Below are positions 54,989-64,000 of a stretch of 64,000 bases of DNA, one piece after another. The stretch is from Kiritimatiellia bacterium (lineage in GTDB: Bacteria > Verrucomicrobiota > Kiritimatiellia > UBA8416 > YA12-FULL-48-11): positions 473,205 through 537,204 of the forward strand of contig JAQUPZ010000001.1 of assembly GCA_028716365.1 (NCBI GenBank), written 5' to 3'. The stretch's first letter is position 1, and every line of letters starts with the position of its first letter. A program made the translations under genes and the position numbers. The notes below the pieces were generated by a model. That model was not told where the DNA came from. It searched no databases and worked only from the letters and a program-made list of their open reading frames with translations.

Positions 54989-55123
54989 CGTCGTATTACC
55001 TTATGATTTTTCAGCGGGGGTGAAAACTACAACCTGACGTCCTGGAATGCAAGCGTTAATTTCAGGGTATTTACTGTTGGATTCGGTTTGGATGTACTAT
55101 ATATTACAGACGGAACATGTGTT

Positions 55124-56599
55124 ATGAAAACTAGTCCGCGAAAATCTGCTTGCATGGTGTTTCCGGCGGTATTGCTGGCCGGACTGTTTGTTTCAGGTTG
55201 TGGCGGATCAGGAGAATCAAATCTCGAAGAAGGTCTTGCCAGATTGCGGGAGAACAACTACCAGTTAGCTGTAAAATCTCTCGAGAAGGCTGTTGACCAG
55301 ATGCCTGACAATGCTTCTGCCAGGTGTAATCTCGGTATTGCCTACTGGAAGCTTGGACAGCATAAGGACGCCGCCTCGTGTTTCAAGAAAGCTGCTGAGC
55401 TCAGTCCTGAAGATGTTCGTCCTCTGGAGTTTCTGGCACAGGTTCTGATGGACATGCAAAACTGGAATGAGGCGCGCAGTGTGCTTGTCCAGGCAGACAA
55501 GAGACACCCTTTATCGTCGCGGGTCCTGACATCGATGGCTCTTGTGGAGTTCCGCGCTGGAAACAACACCCAGGCTCTCTCAAGATTAACCCAGGCTCTC
55601 AATGCTGATCCTGCTTACGCTCCTGCTCTTTACAATATGGCGATCCTTCAACGTGACCGGATGAACAATAAAGAAGCGGCAACCAATTACTTCCAGAATT
55701 ATCTTAAAATCGCGGGCAGTAATTCGCGCATTAAGGATATGCCGCAATTCCTGAACAAGGTACCGCCGAGAGAACCGGTTCAACAGGTTCCTGTAAAGGT
55801 TGTAAAACAGCCGCCGGCTGATTCGCTGATAACCAGTGCCAGGAAGGCCATAGATAAACAGGAATTCGACAGCGCATTGGAAATGTTGAAACAGGCTGTA
55901 AGTAAAAATCCAACCGATCCCGCGGCGATCTGGGAACTGGCAGTCCTTTACGACAAACAGTTGAAGTATGACGAGAAAGCGTTGGAAATCTATCTCAAGT
56001 TTGTAAAGCAGTTCCCAAAGGAGCCACGTGCTGCCGTGGCCAAAAAGCGGATCGACGAAATCCAGCCCTTGATCAAACAACTGTCTCAACAGAAACAGGA
56101 CATCAAATCCGTTCCAAGCGAAAAGAACCTGGAAGCGGCGCAGAATGCTTTTCAGGAAGGGCTGGAATATCAGAACGATCAGAAATGGGATGCTGCAATT
56201 GCCAGTTATAAACGCGCTTTTGATCTAGATAATTCTCTTTCGGTTGCACTGTATAATCTGGGACTGGTTTACAAGACGAAAGGAGACCTTAATCTTTCGA
56301 AACAGGCTTTTGGCCAGGCTCTTAACGTTGAACCAAATATGACAAAGGCCCATTACATGCTGGCGGTTGTCTATAACATGCAAAAAGAAAATAAATATGC
56401 CATCGAAGAGTTAAACAAGATTTTCAGGGCAGATCCTGATTATGCCAAAGCGCACCTGCTTATGGGCGTCATCATGAGAGATGAGAACGATATTGAAAGC
56501 GCGAAAGCACATTTTACAAAGTATATAAAGCTGGCGCCTGAAGATCCATCTGCCAAAATGGCACAGGAATGGCTGAATAGTACAGGTAATCGGCGGTAA
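55124..56599 (+). CDS. TPR-repeat lipoprotein
   Basis: Lipobox VSGC; multiple TPRs (YNLGLVY, ALYNMA). Confidence 0.88.
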   Translation: MKTSPRKSACMVFPAVLLAGLFVSGCGGSGESNLEEGLARLRENNYQLAVKSLEKAVDQMPDNASARCNLGIAYWKLGQHKDAASCFKKAAELSPEDVRPLEFLAQVLMDMQNWNEARSVLVQADKRHPLSSRVLTSMALVEFRAGNNTQALSRLTQALNADPAYAPALYNMAILQRDRMNNKEAATNYFQNYLKIAGSNSRIKDMPQFLNKVPPREPVQQVPVKVVKQPPADSLITSARKAIDKQEFDSALEMLKQAVSKNPTDPAAIWELAVLYDKQLKYDEKALEIYLKFVKQFPKEPRAAVAKKRIDEIQPLIKQLSQQKQDIKSVPSEKNLEAAQNAFQEGLEYQNDQKWDAAIASYKRAFDLDNSLSVALYNLGLVYKTKGDLNLSKQAFGQALNVEPNMTKAHYMLAVVYNMQKENKYAIEELNKIFRADPDYAKAHLLMGVIMRDENDIESAKAHFTKYIKLAPEDPSAKMAQEWLNSTGNRR

Positions 56600-56624
56600 T
56601 ACAGGTGCTGAAGTTCTGCATTAG

Positions 56625-57185
56625 ATGTTTGTTATTATGGATAATTTCCCTTCACCAAACGCAGTTGATATCGGAGCGCTGGTAATACTCCTGCTCGGTA
56701 CAATTATAGGTTTCAGGCGGGGACTGTCAGGTGAATTAGCCCGCTTCATCGGAACAATATTCGCATTCTGTCTGGCCATGTATTTTTACAAACCGTTTGG
56801 TGCCTGGCTGGTTGAACACACGCGTTTTGAAGAAGAGCCGGCAAATGTTACAGCATTTGTCCTGGTGGTGGCGGCCGTACTTCTGGTGACACTCGTCTTG
56901 CGTCTTGTCCTGCGAAGCATAATGAAGATATCGTTCGAAGGGAGCATTGAGAAGGGCGGGGGATGTATCGCCGGTTTCGTCCGCGCGGTAATACTTGTAT
57001 TGGTAATATTTATCGCCATGAATATGTGGCCGCATGATTACCTTAACAGGGTTTTCGGCAGGGAATCAATTATAGGCAGTGTGGTGGTCAAATACATGCC
57101 TGCAGTAAGAAAACAGGTGGAAAAACTCCCCGTAAAAAAGAAGATCGGGAACATAAAAGAAAAAATATCGGAAGAGATGAATTAA
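56625..57185 (+). CDS. cvpA: CvpA-family membrane protein
   Basis: VDI...GFRRGLSGEL...GGCIAGFVRA. Confidence 0.85.
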   Translation: MFVIMDNFPSPNAVDIGALVILLLGTIIGFRRGLSGELARFIGTIFAFCLAMYFYKPFGAWLVEHTRFEEEPANVTAFVLVVAAVLLVTLVLRLVLRSIMKISFEGSIEKGGGCIAGFVRAVILVLVIFIAMNMWPHDYLNRVFGRESIIGSVVVKYMPAVRKQVEKLPVKKKIGNIKEKISEEMN

Positions 57186-57236
57186 TTGTTTCTCGCATTC
57201 TGCCTTCTGTCTCCTGTATCCTGAATGCTGTGGCTT

Positions 57237-59066
57237 ATGTCAAAAGTAATTCCAAAACGTGTTCTCGAGGACATACGGTTCCGCAGCGATATAGTTGATG
57301 TGATCGGATCATATTTCAACCTTCAGCGGGCGGGATCGGCATTCAAGGCAACATGCCCTTTTCACAAGGAAAAAACTCCTTCATTTCATGTGAACCCTCA
57401 GCGGCAGATTTTCCACTGTTTCGGATGTGGAACTGGAGGGGATGTGTTCAGGTTTGTAATGCAGTATGAAGGCGTGGATTTTATGGGCGCCATCAAAATT
57501 CTCGCTCACAGGGCGGGCATTAAAATTGAACTGGAGGAGGGCGAGGAGGGCGGATCGGACAAGGCCGCCCTTTATCAGCTTCATGCCGACGTTGCGGCTT
57601 TCTTCCATCACGAACTTCTTGAGGGAAAAAGATCTGCAGCAGCAAAGCAGTACCTGGTCAAGCGTGATCTTGCGCGCGAGACGGTTGAGGAATTTCAGAT
57701 AGGTTATGCTCCTGAAGGATGGGATGTCCTGATCAACTGGGCACATCAGAAAAAATACACCACCGACCTGCTGGAAAAGGCCGGCCTTATTCTCCGTAAA
57801 GATAAGCCGTCAGCCGGAAGCGGTGAATTCTATGACCGGTTCAGAAACCGCCTTATGTTTCCCATATTCGACGAACAAAGCCGCGTAATCGGGTTCAGCG
57901 GGCGTACCATGGACGATAAGGACAAAACCGCGAAATACATAAACAGTCCGGAGACCCTGCTGTTCAAAAAAAGCCGGGTGCTTTACGCATTGGACAAGGC
58001 AAGACGCCACATTGTGGAATCGCGGGAAGCCATCATATGCGAGGGACAGATAGACGTAATCCGCTGCCATCAGGCAGGTTTCAAAACGGCGGTTGCTTCA
58101 CAGGGAACGGCTTTCACCGAGGAGCATGTGCGTATTCTCAGGCGTTATGCAGACAGTGTTGTGATCATTTTCGACACGGACAAGGCAGGCCAGGATGCAT
58201 CCATCCGGACATCCATGGAGTTCATGGATGCCGGTATGGCGGTACGCGTGGGTGTTCTTCCGGAAAAAGAAGACCCCGATTCGTACATTCGCAAAAAAGG
58301 CGCTGAAGGTTTCAGTAATGTTGTAAACCAGGCTGGATCGGCAGTTGCGTACCAGGTTCGTGTCCTTTCAACGCGGGAAGATGCAAAGAGTGAAATCGGC
58401 GCCATGCGCATTGCCAAGGCCGTGCTCCAGACCATAAGTCACAGTCCAAACGCCGTACAGAGGGCGAAACTTGTACAGGAGGTGGCTGAACGTCTGAACA
58501 TTCCAGCGACTGCACTGCAGGAGGACTTGCGTTTTATGCAGAGAAAGGCTGGTCAACAGAGTACCGCAACCGCAAGAAGTGATGGCGAAACCGCGCCTGA
58601 AAAGGAACAACCAAAAGAGGAAATACAACTTTGCGAACATATGGCAAACGTCATGGACCATCCGGAACTTGTCGACCTTGTTAAGAAATATCTGCCGCTG
58701 TCCATGATCCATGATCCCATTTGCAGATTGTTCGTCGAGGCATGCCTGGAATCGGTCGCCGCCGGCCGTACTATTCAGGATGTCATCAACGACAAGGATG
58801 ATAAATCAGGAGAGTTGCAGAATTTTGTGGCCCGGACATTTATGACACCTACGAAGATAACCGGCCAGGAGACATCCCACGGAGCGGCTGTGAAAGATCT
58901 TATTCTTTATATCTGGCGCCGGAAACTTGAAAAAGAACGTGCGGCGATAGATAAAAATCCGGATGCAAAGAGTGAGGAACGGCGGCGCCAGATCACTTAT
59001 GACCTGAAATCTCTTAAAAAGTGGGACGATGGTGCTCTCATTATCGAGTTTGAGCTTTCTTCCTGA
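57237..59066 (+). CDS. dnaG: DNA primase
   Basis: CPFHKEKTPSF, HCFGC, DRFRNRLMFPI, KYINSPET, EGQID, DTDKAG. Confidence 0.97.
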   Translation: MSKVIPKRVLEDIRFRSDIVDVIGSYFNLQRAGSAFKATCPFHKEKTPSFHVNPQRQIFHCFGCGTGGDVFRFVMQYEGVDFMGAIKILAHRAGIKIELEEGEEGGSDKAALYQLHADVAAFFHHELLEGKRSAAAKQYLVKRDLARETVEEFQIGYAPEGWDVLINWAHQKKYTTDLLEKAGLILRKDKPSAGSGEFYDRFRNRLMFPIFDEQSRVIGFSGRTMDDKDKTAKYINSPETLLFKKSRVLYALDKARRHIVESREAIICEGQIDVIRCHQAGFKTAVASQGTAFTEEHVRILRRYADSVVIIFDTDKAGQDASIRTSMEFMDAGMAVRVGVLPEKEDPDSYIRKKGAEGFSNVVNQAGSAVAYQVRVLSTREDAKSEIGAMRIAKAVLQTISHSPNAVQRAKLVQEVAERLNIPATALQEDLRFMQRKAGQQSTATARSDGETAPEKEQPKEEIQLCEHMANVMDHPELVDLVKKYLPLSMIHDPICRLFVEACLESVAAGRTIQDVINDKDDKSGELQNFVARTFMTPTKITGQETSHGAAVKDLILYIWRRKLEKERAAIDKNPDAKSEERRRQITYDLKSLKKWDDGALIIEFELSS

Positions 59067-59082
59067 GAACGGGAAAAAGGGG

Positions 59083-59111
59083 TTGATTCGGCAGTAACGT
59101 CAATATAGTAT
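59083..59111 (+). promoter_or_regulatory. Putative promoter of tRNA-Phe
   Basis: TTGATT-N17-TAGTAT. Confidence 0.5.
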
Positions 59112-59179
59112 CCCCACGTTTCAAATCTCTGGAAATTTGAACTGTCACATGGCAAGCCTGCTTGCCGTAACTTTAATGG

Positions 59180-59255
<76 letters not shown>

Positions 59256-59304
59256 GTTTTCCTTTGGATTACGGACGGTGTACAAAATTGTAAATAAAAG
59301 AGGT

Positions 59305-60633
59305 ATGGTGAGAAAAATTTCTTTGGCTGTTTTCGTGATCTGCGTGGCGCTTGGCTGTTCGGCCAGGGCAGAGGACCTTAAAAGCGCCATTATAACCATG
59401 CTTGAAATGGACAGCCGCATGAAGTCGGCAAATGCCCGGATTGAAGCCGCCAGGATGAAGAAAAATGCTACGCTGGGCGAAATGCTGCCCACGGTTGAGC
59501 TGTCGAGTTCATACGGGTCCGGAGAATTTGACTGGGATTATCCGGAAGTAGAAAGCAGGATTTCCACTACTGACACCAACATCACTACTTCATTTGACAT
59601 GACCACCGTCCGGCTGGTTCAGCCGTTGTTGTTCGGCAGCCAGCGTGCCGTATACCGCAAGGACAAGATTGCATATCTGAGCGCTCGTGTAGACGGCAGC
59701 ATCACGCGGCAGGAATTGATTCTGAATGGTGTGACTTCGTACCTGCGGCTGAAGCAGGCGGAGAAGGATGTCGAGTATGCCAGGGCCTCGGTGGAAAACA
59801 TCAAGAAGCAGACCGAGATGGAGGATTCGCGTGTTGCGAAGGGTGGTGGCGTCTCGACCGATGTTCTGCAGTCCAAGGCACAGCTGCTCCGAGCGCAGGC
59901 CCAGCTCATGCGTGCGGAGGGCCAGCTTGTAGGTGCCGGTAATACGGTTGAACGTGTTTTCTCCCGCCCCGTAACCTCGATTTCCAGTCTGCAGAAAGCT
60001 GACTTGACCGCCGGCAATCCCATTCCGGCCGATCTGCAACAGGCGGAGGACGTGGCAATAAAGTTGAGCCCGCATCTAAAAGCTGCTGACCTGGACGTGC
60101 AGACTGCCGAAGCGGTAGTGTCATTCAAGAGATATGAGAACTTGCCCAAGATTAACGGGGTTCTTGAATATAACACGATGGATAACTACTCCGGCGTAGA
60201 GGGCATACGCGAGCAGAACACTGCAAAAATAGAACTTCGTTATAGTTTCGGTTTAGGGATGTCCTCTATCAATGAAGCCCGGTCTGCCCGCCAGGGGCTT
60301 GTTTCCGCGGAGGAAAAAGTTATCGATATCAGGAAACAGGTCCTCCAGCAGGTGCGCAATGCGTGGCAGAGCCTGCGCACGGCGAAGGATACGGCCGAGG
60401 TCCTGAGAAACCAGGAAGCAATTGCGGAGGAGTTTCTCACACTGGCCCGGAAAGAGCGTACGCTCGGAAGAAGGTCCCTGCTGGACGTGTTGAACGGGGA
60501 GACAATCCTTATCAACGCCCGCAGTGAGGCGGCTTCGGCTGAAGCAGACATAGAAATATATACCTACCAGCTTCTGCGCGCCATGGGCGTACTGAATGTC
60601 GAGTCTGACAAGGTAGCGAAGAAGTCGAAATAG
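59305..60633 (+). CDS. TolC-family outer-membrane efflux/T1SS channel
   Basis: Signal peptide; LPTVEL, VTSYLRL, DVLQSKA, GRRSLLDVLNGE, YQLLRAMG. Confidence 0.9.
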   Translation: MVRKISLAVFVICVALGCSARAEDLKSAIITMLEMDSRMKSANARIEAARMKKNATLGEMLPTVELSSSYGSGEFDWDYPEVESRISTTDTNITTSFDMTTVRLVQPLLFGSQRAVYRKDKIAYLSARVDGSITRQELILNGVTSYLRLKQAEKDVEYARASVENIKKQTEMEDSRVAKGGGVSTDVLQSKAQLLRAQAQLMRAEGQLVGAGNTVERVFSRPVTSISSLQKADLTAGNPIPADLQQAEDVAIKLSPHLKAADLDVQTAEAVVSFKRYENLPKINGVLEYNTMDNYSGVEGIREQNTAKIELRYSFGLGMSSINEARSARQGLVSAEEKVIDIRKQVLQQVRNAWQSLRTAKDTAEVLRNQEAIAEEFLTLARKERTLGRRSLLDVLNGETILINARSEAASAEADIEIYTYQLLRAMGVLNVESDKVAKKSK

Positions 60634-60648
60634 TTATTGGGCGGGCCG

Positions 60649-60762
60649 AGATTCCTCACTCCGTTCGGAATGACACACTGTACGCGGTTTGTTTGGATGC
60701 TTCTGTCATCCTGCCTGCCCGCCGTAGCCCCTGGGCGAAGGAGGGAACGTAGTGAAGAATCT
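60649..60762. repeat. Inverted pair of REP-like elements, one carrying a 32-bp nested insertion
   Basis: AGATTCCTCACTCCGTTCGGAATGACA (60649-60675) vs TGTCATCCTG[CCTGCCCGCCGTAGCCCCTGGGCGAAGGAGGG]AACGTAGTGAAGAATCT (60704-60762). Confidence 0.8.
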
Positions 60763-61116
60763 TTGGTCCTGAGCCTCGGTAATGCCCTGTTTCCCTCCTT
60801 ATATATAGAAAGACCGTTGCGAAAAGACGATCAACAGGATCGGGGAACGGTTGGCAGGACCAACCGTCTTCGCCGGGAGTTACTACGAAACACCGGTAAA
60901 GTTATTAACAGGCACCATGCGGGAGGATAGGGGGAATACGTTCCGGCTTTCAAATTCCTTCTTTTTTTCTCATTTTTCTGTTGCTGTTCTGTACGATTTT
61001 TTTTAGTATTCGCCAACGCTGAAAAGCGTTTTATTTATGTGTGTGTATTTAGGGAAACAAGGAAACTGAGTGATTCAAGAATTTCAAATCGATAGATCTA
61101 ACCGGAGATTAATTCC

Positions 61117-64000
61117 ATGATTAAACATGCGAGCGCAACGACGGGTTCAGGTCAGGCATTATGGGATACTGGAGCTACTAATGGAATGGGTGGAGCGGGT
61201 AACGATACACTTTTCATAGATTTGTCGTCAGCGGGTTGGACTGGATTAGTTTTGACCGAGTCTGGCTTGGGCGGCGCCGACCTGCTCAAGGTTGATATTG
61301 ATGCCACGGCTTCAGCCCTCGCTCGCAATGTCATATCCATGTTTGGCAGCGCGGGCGCCGACACGTTAAGGCTTAACCTGAATGCCACTGGCATTTTTAG
61401 CAACAACATTTTAATGAGCGGCGGAGCGGGCAACGACAATTTCCAGTTGAACGCAAATGCTTCGAATCCCATCGCGACAGATTTTGCAGGCAATTATATT
61501 TCCCTTTATGGCTGTGCCGGTGCAGACATAATGCGCGTGAACATCGACGCAAAATCCGATGTTAGCAGTAATTTCATAGGCATGTATGGCTTTTTAAGCA
61601 ACTCGACTGCGACGGGCGCGGGTGTTGATTTCAACGACAACATGCTGCTGAGTATCGATGCCGAGGGAGATTTTAGTTGGAATTATGTTTCATTGTTAGG
61701 TGGTGCAGGTGCGGACACGTTGAAGGTGAATCTTGATATTGACGCCAGTGCCGGTGGTAACCTGATCGGGCTGGCGGGCAACGCGGGGAACGACATACTG
61801 CAACTGAATGTCAACGTGGACGGTTATTTCGACCACAACAACAATTTAACAACGGCTGTCAGTGTCACTGTCACTGGCGGAGTTTACATGTACGGCAGCG
61901 CGGGCGTAGACAACCTGCTGTTGAACATCAACGCCGGCGAAGACATTTCAGAGAATGTTATCAGCTTAACAGGCGGTGCGGGCAATGACAGGCTCGTGAT
62001 GAACCTCAATGCCGGTGATGATATTTCCGCAAATGCGGAGGTTTATGATTACTGGTCTTCCTCCACGGTTCACAGCGGCTCGATAGTAATGTCCGGCGGT
62101 GCTGGAAGTGACTACATGCTGATGAATCTCGTTGCCGGTCATGGTGTAAGCTCCAATGACATTGAGATGTGGGGCGGCGCGGGCAACGACATGCTCCAGC
62201 TGAAGATAGACGCCGATTATATTTTCGGCAACACAAGTGACTGGGTCGGGAGCACTACCTGGGTCAGCGGCGGCATTTCGATGACCGGCGGAGCGGGCAA
62301 CGACACGATGAAGTTGACGCTCAACGTGAGGGGTGATGTGACTTACTTAGGCGGAGCCGCATTCACATACCCGGCGGGTACCATTGAGAGCAATGATGTC
62401 TACATGTGGGGCAGTGCGGGTAATGACAAGATGTATGTCGACATCAATTTCAACGGCACAGGTTCTTTTTACAGCAATGACATAGAGATGTATGGAAGTC
62501 TGGGCTATGACTACCTCCAGATGAATGTTGATGCGGTAATGGGCGGTTCGTATTTCACCAGCAATGATTTCTCCATGTTCGGCGGAGTAACGTCGGGTAC
62601 GACTCTTGTTGACGGCGCCGATATCATGAAAATGGCGGTGAATGTCGCCATAGATAATCCGTCGGGTGATGCTTCGTTCGACCATAATGATTTTTCCATG
62701 ACCGGCAGTGCAGGCATTGACAACATGAACATGTTGGTGAATGTCGATCTTATCGCCGGCGCAGGTACCGCTGATTTCGAATATAACAGTTTCGCCATGG
62801 ATGGCGGTGCGGGCAATGATATCATGAGGATGGCTGTGAATGCCGATATGTATGGCGCCACTTCTGCTTCCGTCTATTCCAATGATTTCACCATGACCGG
62901 CAGTGCGGGCATTGACAACATGAATATGGCCTTGAACTTTGCCGTCGACGGTGGCGATTCTTATGCCTACTTTTATTACAACGAGATATACATGTATGGT
63001 GGCGCAACGGTGACGGGAACCATTGTTGACGGCGCAGACATCATGAACATGGTTGTGAACGTCGAGATGGATGCCGCCGATTACTTGTACTTCTCATACA
63101 ATACCTTCTTTATGTCCGGCAGTGCCGGAGCCGACAGGATGAACATGGCCGTGAACGTCGACATGTTCAATCACTATGATACGGCGGAATTCTCGTATAA
63201 CAGTTTCACCATGTACGGCGGTGCGGGCAATGACGTCATGAGGATGGCTGTGAATGCCGACGTATATGGCGGCACTTCTGCTTCCGTCCATTCCAATGAT
63301 TTCACCATGACCGGCAGTGCGGGCATTGACAACATGAATATGGCCTTGAACTTTGTCGTCGACGGTGGCGCTTCTGGAGCCTACTATTATTACAACGAGA
63401 TATACATGTACGGCGGCGCAACGACGGGAACCATTGTTGACGGCGCAGACATCATGAACATGGTTGTGAACGTCGAGATGGATGCCGCCACTTACAACTA
63501 CTTCACATACAATACCTTCTTTATGTCCGGCAGTGCCGGAGCCGACAGGATGAACATGGCCGTGAACGTCGACATGTTCTGCGACATGGACACGGCCAGC
63601 TTCTCGTATAACAGTTTCACCATGGACGGCGGTGCGGGCAATGATGTCATGAGGATGGCTGTGAATGCCGACATATATGGCGGCACTTCTGCTTCCGTCT
63701 ATTCCAATGATTTTTCCATGACCGGCAGTGTCGGGGCCGACAACATGAACATGCTCCTGAGCTTCGATGTCGACGGTGGCGCTTCTGAAGCCTACTATTC
63801 TTCCAACGATATGTACATGTACGGCGGCGCAACGGCATCTGTGGCGGGGACTATTGTTGACGGTGCCGACATCATGAACATGGTGGTAAACGTCGCTCTG
63901 GAAGGATCCGAAGCCTGGTACTTCTACAATGACTTCTACATGTCCGGCGGCAGTCTGGGGAACGACAACATGGCGATGGCCGTGAATGCCGATATGGTCG
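61117..64000 (+). CDS. Giant RTX-like repetitive protein, 3'-truncated (not in the ORF track)
   Basis: SD GGAG, ATG at 61117; the frame was open in every line checked through to the window end (>960 aa); recurring GGAGND/GSAGxD motifs; 411-414 bp tandem DNA repeats from ~62800. Confidence 0.9.
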   Translation, partial: MIKHASATTGSGQALWDTGATNGMGGAGNDTLFIDLSSAGWTGLVLTESGLGGADLLKVDIDATASALARNVISMFGSAGADTLRLNLNATGIFSNNILMSGGAGNDNFQLNANASNPIATDFAGNYISLYGCAGADIMRVNIDAKSDVSSNFIGMYGFLSNSTATGAGVDFNDNMLLSIDAEGDFSWNYVSLLGGAGADTLKVNLDIDASAGGNLIGLAGNAGNDILQLNVNVDGYFDHNNNLTTAVSVTVTGGVYMYGSAGVDNLLLNINAGEDISENVISLTGGAGNDRLVMNLNAGDDISANAEVYDYWSSSTVHSGSIVMSGGAGSDYMLMNLVAGHGVSSNDIEMWGGAGNDMLQLKIDADYIFGNTSDWVGSTTWVSGGISMTGGAGNDTMKLTLNVRGDVTYLGGAAFTYPAGTIESNDVYMWGSAGNDKMYVDINFNGTGSFYSNDIEMYGSLGYDYLQMNVDAVMGGSYFTSNDFSMFGGVTSGTTLVDGADIMKMAVNVAIDNPSGDASFDHNDFSMTGSAGIDNMNMLVNVDLIAGAGTADFEYNSFAMDGGAGNDIMRMAVNADMYGATSASVYSNDFTMTGSAGIDNMNMALNFAVDGGDSYAYFYYNEIYMYGGATVTGTIVDGADIMNMVVNVEMDAADYLYFSYNTFFMSGSAGADRMNMAVNVDMFNHYDTAEFSYNSFTMYGGAGNDVMRMAVNADVYGGTSASVHSNDFTMTGSAGIDNMNMALNFVVDGGASGAYYYYNEIYMYGGATTGTIVDGADIMNMVVNVEMDAATYNYFTYNTFFMSGSAGADRMNMAVNVDMFCDMDTASFSYNSFTMDGGAGNDVMRMAVNADIYGGTSASVYSNDFSMTGSVGADNMNMLLSFDVDGGASEAYYSSNDMYMYGGATASVAGTIVDGADIMNMVVNVALEGSEAWYFYNDFYMSGGSLGNDNMAMAVNADMV

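Noticed and set aside
59151-59166. GGCAAGCCTGCTTGCC hairpin in the tRNA-Phe leader
   Set aside because: Single short palindrome. I cannot link it to the other repeat families from this window alone.
61152-63838. Minus-strand ORFs in the ORF track
   Set aside because: They are antisense shadows of the repetitive RTX-like gene.

Overview
Bacterial chromosomal window, probably from a PVC-superphylum organism such as Kiritimatiellae or Lentisphaerae. This is inferred from H-X9-DG prepilin-like proteins, DxDxDG/TSP3-like secreted proteins and REP-like palindromes. Housekeeping blocks are rtcB, proBA, etfAB, serC, nadD-rsfS, rpsT, lptE-bamD, serA, pdxA, prmC-prfA-rpmE, cvpA and dnaG, with four tRNAs (Tyr, Arg-CCG, Pro-TGG, Phe). 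Three accessory zones interrupt them. (1) 1-7100 is the end of an element abutting the 3' end of tRNA-Tyr. It carries a membrane-decorated TerY-P-like vWA/PP2C/kinase-FHA triad, a primase fragment, a DUF5131-like radical SAM gene and an excisionase-like gene. (2) 14.6-36 kb surrounds tRNA-Arg(CCG), which is partly duplicated on both sides. Upstream is a 5'-half copy peppered with 20-nt hairpin insertions and followed by a GIY-YIG gene. Downstream, an 18-kb AT-rich island ends in a 3'-half copy and has no visible integrase. Inside it, about 16 short unrelated secreted or membrane ORFs are separated by a shuffled set of 30-65 bp modules that include a portable sigma70 promoter plus SD. This looks like a non-canonical gene-cassette array and is the best candidate for an undescribed system. 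A 278-bp MITE and a Tyr-heptad repeat protein follow. (3) From 59.3 kb to the end are a TolC-family gene and a giant Met-rich RTX-like repeat protein that runs off the window. All assignments come from motif reading only; no searches were run.
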